Of a stretch of 32,860 bases of DNA, positions 15,554 through 25,535 are shown piece after piece. The DNA is from Candidatus Caldarchaeum sp. (lineage in GTDB: Archaea > Thermoproteota > Nitrososphaeria_A > Caldarchaeales > Caldarchaeaceae): assembly GCA_038844785.1 (NCBI GenBank), contig JAWBRA010000017.1, forward strand, positions 1-32,860, in the 5' to 3' direction. Within the stretch, counting starts at the first letter, position 1. Each line of letters opens with the position of its first letter. The notes below the pieces were generated by a model. That model was not told the DNA's origin, did not search any database, and was given only the letters and a program-made list of their open reading frames with translations. The position numbers and the translations under genes were made by a program.

Positions 15554-16429
15554 ATGGCGATACTGGTGGACGACAACACACGCGTCCTCGTACAAGGCAT
15601 TACAGGCAGGCAGGGGATGTTTCACACAAGAGCTATGCTGCGTTACGGGACAAAAGTGGTTGCTGGCGTGACGCCTGGAAAAGGTGGGCAGACTGTGGAG
15701 GGCGTGCCTGTTTACGACTCGGTGGAGGAAGCGGTCGCTGAACACAGCGGGGTAAACACGTCGCTTGTTATGGTTCCAGCGCCCTACGCCGCAGACGCGG
15801 TCTTTGAAGCGCTCGACTCAGGGATAAAGCTTGTGGTCGTAATAACCGAGCACGTGCCAGTCCACGACGCCATGAAGTTTATCAAATACGCCTCCTACAA
15901 AAACGCGTACATTGTTGGCCCCAACTGTCCCGGAGTTATTACACCTGGGTCGTCCAAGGTTGGGATAATGCCAGGGCACATATTCAAGCGTGGAAGGGTC
16001 GGCATAGTTTCGAGAAGCGGCACGTTAACCTATGAAATAGCCTACGCCATAACGGTCAACGGCCTAGGCCAGTCCACGTGTGTGGGGATTGGGGGAGACC
16101 CTGTGGTTGGGCTTAACTTCATAGATGTGCTGGAGATGTTCCGCAAAGACCCTGAGACCGAGGCTGTTGTGCTGATAGGAGAGATAGGTGGAGACCTTGA
16201 GGAGAGAGCTGCAGAGTATATCAGAGCAACTAACTATCCGAAGCCCGTGGTTGGATACATAGCTGGTCGGACGGCGCCGCCTGAGAAAAGGATGGGCCAC
16301 GCAGGGGCCATAATAATGCTTGGAGCCGGAGACCCAGTTAGCAAGATCAAGGCTTTGAGCGAGGCAGGGGTCTACGTTGCATCCACTCCCAGCGGTGTGG
16401 CAGAGAAGCTGGTTGAGCTGGTGGGGTAA
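15554..16429 (+). CDS. sucD: Succinyl-CoA synthetase alpha subunit
   Basis: [24 protein letters not shown] and the phospho-His motif RMGHAGA. Confidence 0.96.
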   Translation: MAILVDDNTRVLVQGITGRQGMFHTRAMLRYGTKVVAGVTPGKGGQTVEGVPVYDSVEEAVAEHSGVNTSLVMVPAPYAADAVFEALDSGIKLVVVITEHVPVHDAMKFIKYASYKNAYIVGPNCPGVITPGSSKVGIMPGHIFKRGRVGIVSRSGTLTYEIAYAITVNGLGQSTCVGIGGDPVVGLNFIDVLEMFRKDPETEAVVLIGEIGGDLEERAAEYIRATNYPKPVVGYIAGRTAPPEKRMGHAGAIIMLGAGDPVSKIKALSEAGVYVASTPSGVAEKLVELVG

Positions 16430-16433
16430 TCGT

Positions 16434-17222
16434 TTGGAGAGGCTGGTTTCCTTAGCCGAAGAGGTTGAACAAATCTTTAGACAAGAACCATCGTTAATCA
16501 GAGCCAGCTTCACCTCGTTTCTAGTTGTAGGCGACACGCATGGCGATGTAACGTCTTCAAAGAAAGCCTTGCAGATCGCCGACGAATATAGCTGCCCCGT
16601 AGTTTTTCTCGGAGACTACGTTGACAGAGGTCCTTACCAGCTGGAGAACCTGGAGACGCTTTTTGAAAGAAAAATCTCAAGCCCAGAGACATGTCTCCTG
16701 CTGAGAGGCAACCATGAAACGTTAACGATGAACACATACTACGGTTTCCTCGACACGGCGGCGAAAAGATACGGCGTCAAAGCCTACAGGTCTTTCCTGA
16801 GGGCTTTCACGATGATGCCTTACGCCCTCGTCAACCGGGATGGTGTTTTATGCGTTCACGGCGGCCTGCCGGACGGGTTGAAGGACCTCAGCCAGCTGGA
16901 GAAGATTCAACGCGGCCAAGAAGACTTGGACGATCCGTTGGCTATGCAGCTTCTTTGGAACGACCCGCGCGAGAACTTAAAAGGGTTTGCTGAAAGCGAC
17001 AGGGGTGGTGGAGCGCTCTACTTCGGCGAAGATGTTTTCAGAGAGTTCATGGACAGAAACGGGTTAAGGCTTATGGTCCGCTCCCACGAGCCTCAGCCAG
17101 AAGGCTACCGCTTCATGTTCGGGAGAAAACTGTTAACTGTCTTTTCATGCCGATACTACAACATCCCTCCCAAAGCAGCCATAATAACGCGTGAGGGTGT
17201 TGAGTTGATTGGGCTGGGGTGA
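16434..17222 (+). CDS. PPP-family Ser/Thr protein phosphatase
   Basis: GDTHG, GDYVDRG, LRGNHE, VHGG, LLWNDP, RSHE and TVFS motifs. TTG 16434 follows the sucD stop. Confidence 0.9.
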   Translation: MERLVSLAEEVEQIFRQEPSLIRASFTSFLVVGDTHGDVTSSKKALQIADEYSCPVVFLGDYVDRGPYQLENLETLFERKISSPETCLLLRGNHETLTMNTYYGFLDTAAKRYGVKAYRSFLRAFTMMPYALVNRDGVLCVHGGLPDGLKDLSQLEKIQRGQEDLDDPLAMQLLWNDPRENLKGFAESDRGGGALYFGEDVFREFMDRNGLRLMVRSHEPQPEGYRFMFGRKLLTVFSCRYYNIPPKAAIITREGVELIGLG

Positions 17223-17226
17223 TGGT

Positions 17227-18108
17227 ATGAAGATTTCAGACAAGGTTTTCATAATAGACACGAAGGCGTTGGGTTTCGAGCAGACGGTTGCATGCTATCT
17301 TGTGAAAGGAAGGAAGACCGCGATAGTAGACACGGGTTATTCCTCAAGCAGCGAGACAGTAATCAAAACCCTTAAACAGCTCGGCGTCGACGAGCTGGAC
17401 TATATCATACCCACCCATGTCCACCTCGACCATGCGGGAGGCGCTTGGAGGCTAGCTCGACAGTTCCCCAACGCACAGGTGTTGGCGCAGGAAAAAGCTG
17501 TCAAACATCTTGTAAACCCTTCAAAGCTTGTGGCAAGCGCAATAGAGTTTTTCGGCGAGGAGGCTGTGAAGATGTTCGGAGAAGTTAGGCCTATTGATGA
17601 ACCGAGAGTTTTCAAGGCAGGCGACGGCGAAACACTGTCGCTGGGAGACGTGGAGCTTGTCTTCATCTACACGCCTGGCCACGCCCCGCATCAAATGTCT
17701 GTTCTCGTAAGCGACCGCTCCCTAATAACGGCGGACGCGGTACCAATAAGATATCCGGGAATGCCCTTCATCATCCCAACAACTCCTCCGCCAAGCTTCG
17801 ACTACAGCCTTTATTTAAGAAGCCTCAGAAAGCTTGGCGAAACTGACGCTAAGAAATTCCTCACACCCCATTTCGGGCCTACTGAGGCTGGCCAGGATTA
17901 TGTGGAGAGACTTGTCAGCAAGGTGGATGAATGGGTCAAAACTGTTGAGAAGATCTTGAAAGAGGGGGGCGGTGTAGCGCAGGTTGTGGAAACTTTCGAA
18001 AAGAAGCTTGAGCAGGAAGCTGGTCAGCGCCTGCCTCCCTACGCGTGGAGCGTTCTGAAGCTTTCGTCGCTCGGCATAGTTGACTATTTAAGGAGAACAA
18101 CGTTTTGA
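17227..18108 (+). CDS. MBL-fold metallo-hydrolase
   Basis: THVHLDHAGG, TPGHAPH and PHFG motifs. Confidence 0.9.
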   Translation: MKISDKVFIIDTKALGFEQTVACYLVKGRKTAIVDTGYSSSSETVIKTLKQLGVDELDYIIPTHVHLDHAGGAWRLARQFPNAQVLAQEKAVKHLVNPSKLVASAIEFFGEEAVKMFGEVRPIDEPRVFKAGDGETLSLGDVELVFIYTPGHAPHQMSVLVSDRSLITADAVPIRYPGMPFIIPTTPPPSFDYSLYLRSLRKLGETDAKKFLTPHFGPTEAGQDYVERLVSKVDEWVKTVEKILKEGGGVAQVVETFEKKLEQEAGQRLPPYAWSVLKLSSLGIVDYLRRTTF

Positions 18109-18146
18109 CAGCTTATCTATTTATCGAGCTGGCGCATATATAGTCC

Positions 18147-19067
18147 GTGACCTTAATCACCGTAGTTGGTTCTGGAAGGGTTGGAACATCTGCGGCTCTC
18201 CATATAGCTATGAGAGAATTGGGGGACATCCTCTTGATCGACATAGTCCCAGGCCTTCCGCAGGGTGAGGCCCTAGACCTCAACCATGCATGCTCTATTC
18301 TTGACCTCGACGTCGACGTGAAAGGCTCCAACGACTACAGAGATATGGCTGGCTCAGACGTTGTCGTAGTAACAGCCGGTCTTATACGCAAGGCCGATAT
18401 GACCCGTCTAGACCTGTTGTACAAAAACGCCGAGATAATCAAGGAAGTTTCACGGCAGATCAAAGAACATGCACCCAAGTCGAAGGTTATCGTTGTGACA
18501 AACCCGCTTGATGTTATGACCTATCTAGCCTACAAGATGACAGGGTTTGAGAGCAGCAGGGTTATGGGGTTCAGCGGCCTCCTTGACACAGGCAGGTTCC
18601 GCTACATTATTCACGATAAGCTGAAGGTGAGCTACAAATCTTTACGCAGCATGGTTCTCGGCGAACATGGGGACAGCATGGTGCTCCTGCCCAGCCACAC
18701 CTACGTAGGTGTGGAAAAGCTCAGCATGTTCATGGACGAGAAGACGATAACGGAGTGTATCGAAAACACTAGGAAGGCGGGGGCTGAAATAATCAAGCTC
18801 AAGGGATGGTCTGCGCATCACGCGCCTGGAGCAGGCGTGTCGCTCATGGTCTCAGCCATTGTAAAGGATGAGAAAGCCGTGATACCTACCTCAGCGTATC
18901 TAGACGGCCACTACGGCGAAAGAGATGTCTACGCCGTCGTACCATGCATCCTCGGTGCAGGAGGCGTGGAGAAGATAATCGAGCTATCGCTCTCAGACGA
19001 GGAGATGAAAAAGTTCAAGGACAGCATCAAGGTCCTCAGAGATGCCATCGCTCAGCTGAAGCTATAG
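18147..19067 (+). CDS. mdh: Malate dehydrogenase (LDH-like)
   Basis: GSGRVG, TAGLIRKADMTRLDL (Arg specificity residue), TNPLD and GEHGD motifs. Confidence 0.92.
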   Translation: MTLITVVGSGRVGTSAALHIAMRELGDILLIDIVPGLPQGEALDLNHACSILDLDVDVKGSNDYRDMAGSDVVVVTAGLIRKADMTRLDLLYKNAEIIKEVSRQIKEHAPKSKVIVVTNPLDVMTYLAYKMTGFESSRVMGFSGLLDTGRFRYIIHDKLKVSYKSLRSMVLGEHGDSMVLLPSHTYVGVEKLSMFMDEKTITECIENTRKAGAEIIKLKGWSAHHAPGAGVSLMVSAIVKDEKAVIPTSAYLDGHYGERDVYAVVPCILGAGGVEKIIELSLSDEEMKKFKDSIKVLRDAIAQLKL

Positions 19068-19118
19068 CTTGCGGTTCATCGGGAAGGCTTAAAAACGCCT
19101 GCAACCGACATCGTGTCG

Positions 19119-19247
19119 ATGGAGGAGAAAAAGTTTAGATGCCCATACTGTGATTCAGTCTTCAAAACCGAGGCTGAGCTATCCAAACACATAGACCGCA
19201 TACACATAGGGAGCGGGCTGCTGGAAGGCGATAGAACCAAATGGTGA
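19119..19247 (+). CDS. 42-aa C2H2 zinc-finger microprotein
   Basis: Below the ORF-track cutoff: MEEKKFRCPYCDSVFKTEAELSKHIDRIHIGSGLLEGDRTKW. Upstream TATA-like CTTAAAAA; ends 4 nt before the next ATG. Confidence 0.85.
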   Translation: MEEKKFRCPYCDSVFKTEAELSKHIDRIHIGSGLLEGDRTKW

Positions 19248-19251
19248 TGGT

Positions 19252-20598
19252 ATGGAACGCTACTCGGAGCTCTTCAGTCGAATAGAAAAAAACAAAGAAA
19301 AATACCTCGAATGGGTGTCACGTCTTATCAGCATTCCTAGTGTTTCAGCCCATAAAAGCGGGCTTGACGAGTGTGCAGAGGCTGTAGCCGACCTTTTCGA
19401 GAGAGTAGGTCTACGGTCCAGCGTTTACGACAACGAGGCCGGCGGCCCCATCGTCTTAGGCGAGCTCAACACTGAGGCTCATGCCACGCTGATGTTCTAC
19501 AACCATTACGACGTCCAGCCAGCAGACCCTTTGGAGAGATGGAGCTCTCCACCCTTCACCCCGGCGGTCAGAGATGGACGTCTGTACGGACGTGGCGCAG
19601 CCGACAACAAGGGAAACGTCGCCGCAAGGCTTGCAGCTGTAGACGCTTTGCTCGAAACGTTGGGCGAGGTTCCTGTAAACGTGAAAATGCTTGTGGAAGG
19701 GGGTGAGGAGGTTGGAAGCCCAGGGCTTGAAAAGTTTGTAGAGAGGCAAAGGAATAGTCTTTTCGCAGACGGCTGTATCTGGGAGTATGGTTACAGGAAC
19801 AGGAAAGAGTCTCCCGTCGTCTATCTCGGTGTAAAGGGAATGCTTTACATAGAGGTTGAAGCCTCTGGGCTGGGGAAAGAAATCCATTCTTCATGGGGTG
19901 CTGTTGCTGAAAACCCTGCGTGGAGGCTTGTCCAAGCACTTTCGACAATAAGGTCTTCTGACGGACGAGTGCAGATCGAAGGCTTTTACGACGACGTGGA
20001 CTATACGGGGGAGGAGCTGTTGGAATCCGTGAAACTGGAGGATTTCGACCCACCGTCAAAGCTTATCCCCTCCGTTGTAGAAAACCCGTTGAAGGCCCTT
20101 CTTCTCGAGCCGGCTTGCAACATAAACGGGATAATCGCAGGCTACACAGGGCCTGGCAGCAAAACAATCATCCCATCCAACGCTTCGGCAAAACTCGATT
20201 TCAGGCTGGTTCCACGGCAAAGCCCAGACGACATTTACAGAAAGCTCGTCGAACATCTGAGGCGGAACGGTTTCGGCGATTTAACTGTAAGATTGCTGCA
20301 GGCTTATCCAGCGGCGAGGACAGACCCTGACAGCTTTATCACAAAGCTTGTAATGGACACGGCTGAAGAGGCTTACGGCGTCAAGCCCGTCGTAATCCCT
20401 TCCGGAGCCGCTTCAGGACCAATGTATGTCGTGACAGACATGCTCGGCATACCTTGCGTGGCTACTGGTGTTGGATACTATGGCTCATCCGTCCATGGCC
20501 CCGACGAACACATAAGGATAGCCGACTTCGTGGCGGGCATTAAACACATCGCGCTCATCATGCTTAACTTCCACCGTTACCTGCATGGCGTCGGCTAG
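19252..20598 (+). CDS. M20-family dipeptidase-like metallo-hydrolase
   Basis: YNHYDVQP, GRGAADNKG, EGGEEVGS and HGPDEH motifs. Confidence 0.92.
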   Translation: MERYSELFSRIEKNKEKYLEWVSRLISIPSVSAHKSGLDECAEAVADLFERVGLRSSVYDNEAGGPIVLGELNTEAHATLMFYNHYDVQPADPLERWSSPPFTPAVRDGRLYGRGAADNKGNVAARLAAVDALLETLGEVPVNVKMLVEGGEEVGSPGLEKFVERQRNSLFADGCIWEYGYRNRKESPVVYLGVKGMLYIEVEASGLGKEIHSSWGAVAENPAWRLVQALSTIRSSDGRVQIEGFYDDVDYTGEELLESVKLEDFDPPSKLIPSVVENPLKALLLEPACNINGIIAGYTGPGSKTIIPSNASAKLDFRLVPRQSPDDIYRKLVEHLRRNGFGDLTVRLLQAYPAARTDPDSFITKLVMDTAEEAYGVKPVVIPSGAASGPMYVVTDMLGIPCVATGVGYYGSSVHGPDEHIRIADFVAGIKHIALIMLNFHRYLHGVG

Positions 20599-20601
20599 AC
20601 A

Positions 20602-21741
20602 TCACCTTAGAAGGTTTTCAGCTATTCTTCGGTAAACCTCCGCCGCTTTAACAAGCTCTGAAACAGCAACCTTTTCACGGAAGCTGTGAGCTAGGGAGAG
20701 GCTGCCGGGCCCCAGTATCACGCCTTCAACCTGCCTCTGTCTCACAACTCTGTTCAAGTCTGTGGCAGCCCTAAACCCGGTTAAGACGGGTTTCAAGCCA
20801 GCCTCCGCAAGCGCCTTCTTAGACGCCTTGACCAAGCTGCTGGCGACATCCGTCTTGAAGCAGGGTATGACCGAGGTCACAGCGGCTTTGAAAAAGGCTT
20901 TAGGTGTTAAAACCTTCTTAACGTGCGTGCTCACGGTTTTGAGAACCTGTTCAGGGCTTTCCCCGACTGTTCTGAAGTCCACTCTCAGACGGGCCCTGTC
21001 AGGTATGACGTTGGGTTTCAACCCACCCTCAAACATTGTGACAGCCGCTGAAGACCTGCCTAGAAAAACATCTCTTCTGCCGAAGCCCTTCTCCATCCTC
21101 GCCAGCCTTACCGCTGCCTTGGCCGCTGCAACTACGGCGTTGACCCCTTCCTCGGGGGTGGAGGCGTGGGCGGGCTTTCCTAGAAACTCGACAGAGACCT
21201 CAACCCTCCCCCTGCTGGCCACGCAAAGCCTCAGCGACGTCGGCTCACCCACGACCATGTAATCCATCCTGTCCATCTCTTTGGCCAGCGACAAAGTTCC
21301 CAATCCGCCGACTTCTTCGTCGGCAACAGCCATCAAAACAACCTTTCCCGAGAGTTTTTCCAGCCTGCCCAAAGCAGCCACTGCAGCAAGCATAGACGCC
21401 AAACAACCTTTAGCGTCGACTGAACCCCTACCACATAGATAGCCATCCTTCACACCTGTCTGGAAAGGGTGGAAAGGCCATCTATCCGCAGGGCCGGCTG
21501 GAACGGTGTCTAGGTGTGAGTTGAAGACAACTGTGGGGCCCTCTCCCCAGACAAGCTCAACAAGCGCAGAGCCTCTGTCGCCTCCGTGGTTGATGATTCT
21601 GGCCCTAAGCCCATGTTCAGCGGCTTTCTCCGCCAGGAAGCTGGCTGCCTCCCTCTCCCTGCCCGGCGGGTTCTCGGTGTTTATGGCTACAAGCTTAGCT
21701 GCAGCATCCTCGATAAAAGTCCTGAACCATGCCTCGGCCAC
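20602..21741 (-). CDS. M20-family ArgE/DapE-like deacylase
   Basis: NSHLDTVP, GRGSVDAKG, ADEE, GEPT and AHSFREK motifs. Confidence 0.92.
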   Translation of the reverse strand: MAEAWFRTFIEDAAAKLVAINTENPPGREREAASFLAEKAAEHGLRARIINHGGDRGSALVELVWGEGPTVVFNSHLDTVPAGPADRWPFHPFQTGVKDGYLCGRGSVDAKGCLASMLAAVAALGRLEKLSGKVVLMAVADEEVGGLGTLSLAKEMDRMDYMVVGEPTSLRLCVASRGRVEVSVEFLGKPAHASTPEEGVNAVVAAAKAAVRLARMEKGFGRRDVFLGRSSAAVTMFEGGLKPNVIPDRARLRVDFRTVGESPEQVLKTVSTHVKKVLTPKAFFKAAVTSVIPCFKTDVASSLVKASKKALAEAGLKPVLTGFRAATDLNRVVRQRQVEGVILGPGSLSLAHSFREKVAVSELVKAAEVYRRIAENLLR

Positions 21742-21765
21742 AGAACACTAGCTCAAACGCTGCGC

Positions 21766-21978
21766 TTAAAGCTCTATCCTCACGTACTTGCTGGTTGCTG
21801 AGGGCTTCTTCTTCCTAGGGCTGTTCCTCAGCAGGATTCCGCAGTAGGGGCAGCGGACGCCGTCCGTCAAATGGTAAACCCTGCAGCGTGAGCAGTACTT
21901 GTAGCCGTTGGCATAGCTCCTTCGGGCTGACGTCTTCTGCACGAGGAGTGTTTTCTGCACCATTCTCACCACCATCAC
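21766..21978 (-). CDS. Small basic Cys4 zinc-ribbon protein
   Basis: YCSRC...RCPYCGILLRNSPRKKK; GGTGA Shine-Dalgarno-like element at the start. Confidence 0.75.
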   Translation of the reverse strand: MMVVRMVQKTLLVQKTSARRSYANGYKYCSRCRVYHLTDGVRCPYCGILLRNSPRKKKPSATSKYVRIEL

Positions 21979-22076
21979 CTAATCAGTTCTACATATATGG
22001 ATTCCGTAATTTATGTATATAGTTTAATTTTGCGCAGCCGAATCATATATAAATTTTAGATAATAATAGATAATCC

Positions 22077-23117
22077 ATGCCATACGCGAGAAGAGTCCAG
22101 CGAGTGGGCTCGGGTACGCTGACAGTTTCGCTTCCGCGGAAATGGGTGGAGAAAACAGGCCTCAAGCCCGGGGACGTCGTGTCGATAGTGGAGCTCTCTG
22201 ACTCTGTTTTGAAGCTTGAGGTAAGGCCTACGAAGCAGCCTCAGCATACTGTCTTCACGCTTGATGTAGCCAGGGTAAAGGACAGCAAACTGCTCAGCAG
22301 GCTTTTGATAGGAGCATATCTCCAAGGCTTCGAAGAGATAAACATAATCGGCGGCGAAGGCATTCCTGAAGAAATGCAGGAAGCCATAACAACTACCGTC
22401 GACCTTCTCCCCGGCGTCGAGATCGTTGAACACTCGTTCAGAAAGATAGTTGTCCAGTCATTCCTCGACCCCAGCAGGTTTCCAGTACCCAGCATAATCA
22501 AACGTATACAGGTCATGCTGACAATGGGGATCAACAACCTTGCAGAAGCTTTGAGGGAGGGGAAGACGGAGCAGTTGCAGGAGATTAGCAGGATTGAGAC
22601 AAAAATCGACGAACTATACTTCCTGTGTATAAGGCAGATATTCTTCAGCGTGAAGAGAGAGGTTTGGGGGGAGGAGGAGGCACACCCGTACATAGGAGCC
22701 ATAGGAGATAGGCTTGTCGTCCGAGCCTTAGAAGAGATCGCAGACTCCATCAAGCTCGCTTCCGACGAGGCGTTCAAACTTATTGAAAAAGAGCTTCCAA
22801 AACCTGTGGTGAACAAGCTTGTCAAACTTCTTGAATCAATTCAAGTGGTCTTCGGCAAAACCATGAAAGCTTTCCTATCCTTAGACATCCAGCTCGCCAA
22901 CGAGATAATAGACATAACAACCCAAGAATACGGTGAGGAGATGGCTTTTAACGACGTCTTCCCACAAAGCCTTCACGACGTCACCCTCACAATCAGCCTC
23001 AGAAATTTTGTCTACAACGTCGTGAACATCGCGAGAAACTGCAAGATGATCGCGGAAGTTACGATCAACAGGTTTGTAAGGATGCCGTCAAAGATAATAA
23101 CAGTTGAGAAAGTCTAG
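22077..23117 (+). CDS. AbrB-PhoU phosphate-uptake regulator family protein
   Basis: RRVQRVGSGTLTVSLPRKW AbrB domain, followed by PhoU-like helical repeats (IDELYF, LEEIAD). Confidence 0.88.
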   Translation: MPYARRVQRVGSGTLTVSLPRKWVEKTGLKPGDVVSIVELSDSVLKLEVRPTKQPQHTVFTLDVARVKDSKLLSRLLIGAYLQGFEEINIIGGEGIPEEMQEAITTTVDLLPGVEIVEHSFRKIVVQSFLDPSRFPVPSIIKRIQVMLTMGINNLAEALREGKTEQLQEISRIETKIDELYFLCIRQIFFSVKREVWGEEEAHPYIGAIGDRLVVRALEEIADSIKLASDEAFKLIEKELPKPVVNKLVKLLESIQVVFGKTMKAFLSLDIQLANEIIDITTQEYGEEMAFNDVFPQSLHDVTLTISLRNFVYNVVNIARNCKMIAEVTINRFVRMPSKIITVEKV

Positions 23118-24223
23118 GACCTTATCTTTAGGTTAACCAGCCCAGCTGCGATGGAGGCGGCGGCGAAAGCCTGTAACAAAGCCGGCATCCCGTAAACATC
23201 CGTCAAAAAACCGGCTACAGGAGGGCCTGCGAGGAAAGCGAGGCCTATGAGGGTTTCAAACAATCCTATGTAGAAAACGTCCTGCGTGTTTGTTTTTGAA
23301 GAGACAAGATAAAGCGTGGTGACGTAAGCCATCGAGACCACACCACCTATGAGCACTAGCAACATCAGGTACGCTGGAAAACTTGATGTATAAAAGGAGG
23401 AGATGATGAAAGAAAATCCAAGCATGAAGCTTAACGCTGGAAGAAGCAGCTCAACCAACTCTAACTTTATCTTTGACAGGAGATAGGAGACGGTTACACG
23501 CGACAGCATCAAACTGAAGAACAAGATGCCGACATCCAGCTCTGTCATACCGTTTAAGACCAAAAACCCTGGAAGAACCGAGAATGAGGAGGCCAGCATC
23601 AAGAAGTATGGCGTGGAGAAAAGCAGTGGTCGCGCTATTGTTCTAAGGTTTGAGCCCCCCAGCCGTGTTTCCATGTTATTCACAACCTTAACTTTAGAAA
23701 GAAGAACGGCTCCAACTAAGGCGATGAATGCTGCGGAAGCAAACAGTATCTTTAAGCCAGCTAAGTATGCTATAACGCCTGCCAGAAGGCTTCCTAGAAG
23801 AAAACCACCGCTGACCGCTGACAGGAAGATGCTGAACGCTCTAAACCTATCTGCTCCAGTATAAGAGTTTGAGATTATTGACTCACCGCATGGGAAGAAG
23901 TAAAACATTGAAACCCCCATGACCAGTTGCGCGGCTAAAACAGCAAGCAGGTCGCCGGCGCTCCACATGACTAAAAGGGAGACTGACATTAAAACGGCTG
24001 ACAAAGGAAGTGGGATGTTCCAGTTTATCCTTGAAAGAATTACAGCGGTCAATGGCGAAAGAATCACGTAAAGCAGGTTTCTGGCAAAACCCATCAGCAG
24101 CCCAACGTCGGTGTAAGATGCTTTTAGCAAAACCGCCTGCAGAGGGGCCATCTGCATCATAACAGCCATCGACGCCCCGACCAGCAGTGCTCCAGGCCAG
24201 AGCGGGTTGATGTCTAGTCTCAA
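23114..24223 (-). CDS. MFS transporter
   Basis: About 12 hydrophobic segments; C-terminal GPPVAGFLTDVYG. Confidence 0.8.
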   Translation of the reverse strand: MRLDINPLWPGALLVGASMAVMMQMAPLQAVLLKASYTDVGLLMGFARNLLYVILSPLTAVILSRINWNIPLPLSAVLMSVSLLVMWSAGDLLAVLAAQLVMGVSMFYFFPCGESIISNSYTGADRFRAFSIFLSAVSGGFLLGSLLAGVIAYLAGLKILFASAAFIALVGAVLLSKVKVVNNMETRLGGSNLRTIARPLLFSTPYFLMLASSFSVLPGFLVLNGMTELDVGILFFSLMLSRVTVSYLLSKIKLELVELLLPALSFMLGFSFIISSFYTSSFPAYLMLLVLIGGVVSMAYVTTLYLVSSKTNTQDVFYIGLFETLIGLAFLAGPPVAGFLTDVYGMPALLQAFAAASIAAGLVNLKIRS

Positions 24224-25342
24224 TCACTCCACCAGCCGCAGATGCTGCGTCGTTTTCGATCCAAAGCCTGTCACAAGCACCATCACTTTCTCATCCATCG
24301 ACACTATCTTGTCTAGGTCGCGTCTGACAGCGGCGTAGGCGACGGCTGAGGAGGGCTCGGCGTAAACCCCCGCAAGCCCCATCTGCTTCAGAGCTCTCAG
24401 TATCTCATCGTCTGAGACGATTTCGACATCGCCTCCAACAAGCCTAAGAGCTTCAACCATCTGCCGAAGCCTGGGAGGGTTTGTGAGGGTAAGCGCATCG
24501 GCTATTGAGGGCTTCGTCTCCCTCGCCAGCTTGACGTTTTTGAAGGCTTCATAAAGAGGTGGGCAATGGATTGTTTGAACGGCGATAATTTTTGGTATTT
24601 TCTCGATGTACCCGGCTTCAAGCAGTTCTTTGAAGCCTTGGATGATGCCGATGAGGAGAGTGCCCGCTGAAACGGGTGTATATATTCTTTCGGGCGGGTT
24701 CCACGACGTTTGCTCAGCTATCTCGTATGCCACCGTCTTCATCCCCTCTATGAAGTAGGGGTTCCACGCATGGCCGACGTAGACAAACCCTTGTTCTAAG
24801 GCCTGCCGCTGGGCTTCTGCGGCCACGTCATCCCTAGATCCTTTGACAACCCTAAGGTCTGCGCCGTAAGCCCTTATCTGCAAGGCTTTTTCAGCAAGCA
24901 TGCTCTCCCCTCCGAAGACACGGCATTCAAGCCCTATGGCTGCGGCGTAAGCAGCTATGGAGGCCCCAGCGTTGCCTGAAGAGTCTTCGCACACGCCCTT
25001 AACGTCTTTAACTATGTTCCTCAGGCTTGTGAAAAGGGCTGCGGAGCCTCTGTCTTTGAACGAGCCTGTTGGAGCTACGTATTCGAGCTTCATTGTGATG
25101 TTAGGCGTCACAGCTGGACAGACCGGTGTCATGCCTTCGCCAAGCGTTACAGGGTTGGACTGCATGCTCGGGGGAAGCATTAGCCTGTACCGCCACATGC
25201 TGTTGACGCTTTTCTTTATGTAGGATGTGTTGAATTCATGCGGGTATGTTAAAACTCCAGGGCCGCCGCAGCTTGGGCACCGCCACTGTATGAAGGGTTG
25301 CATGGGGTTTTCGCAAAAGTAGCATACCACCTCCTCTCTCAA
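24224..25342 (-). CDS. thrC: Threonine synthase-like PLP enzyme with N-terminal zinc ribbon
   Basis: TLGEGMTP, PTGSFKDRG, DSSGNAG and EPSSA motifs; CxxC...CPxCGG. TTG 25342 is preferred over 25417. Confidence 0.85.
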   Translation of the reverse strand: MREEVVCYFCENPMQPFIQWRCPSCGGPGVLTYPHEFNTSYIKKSVNSMWRYRLMLPPSMQSNPVTLGEGMTPVCPAVTPNITMKLEYVAPTGSFKDRGSAALFTSLRNIVKDVKGVCEDSSGNAGASIAAYAAAIGLECRVFGGESMLAEKALQIRAYGADLRVVKGSRDDVAAEAQRQALEQGFVYVGHAWNPYFIEGMKTVAYEIAEQTSWNPPERIYTPVSAGTLLIGIIQGFKELLEAGYIEKIPKIIAVQTIHCPPLYEAFKNVKLARETKPSIADALTLTNPPRLRQMVEALRLVGGDVEIVSDDEILRALKQMGLAGVYAEPSSAVAYAAVRRDLDKIVSMDEKVMVLVTGFGSKTTQHLRLVE

Positions 25343-25535
25343 CCGTGTTTCAAATCTACGGGCGATGGCTACTATTTTCCCTTTCCTCGAGCGGTTGGAG
25401 AGACGGCGTAACAACAACCATTATTCCATTGAAGTCGTTGATTATAGATGATGGAGATACGGCTGTAGTGTTGGTGTTTGGTGTTAAAAACGTTTGTGTG
25501 TTCGGTTTAATAGCTTGTGGACAGGCTCCATTTCT

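Noticed and set aside
16377-16433. ORF-track N-terminal extension of the phosphatase
   Set aside because: Overlaps sucD by 53 nt; TTG 16434 fits operon spacing.
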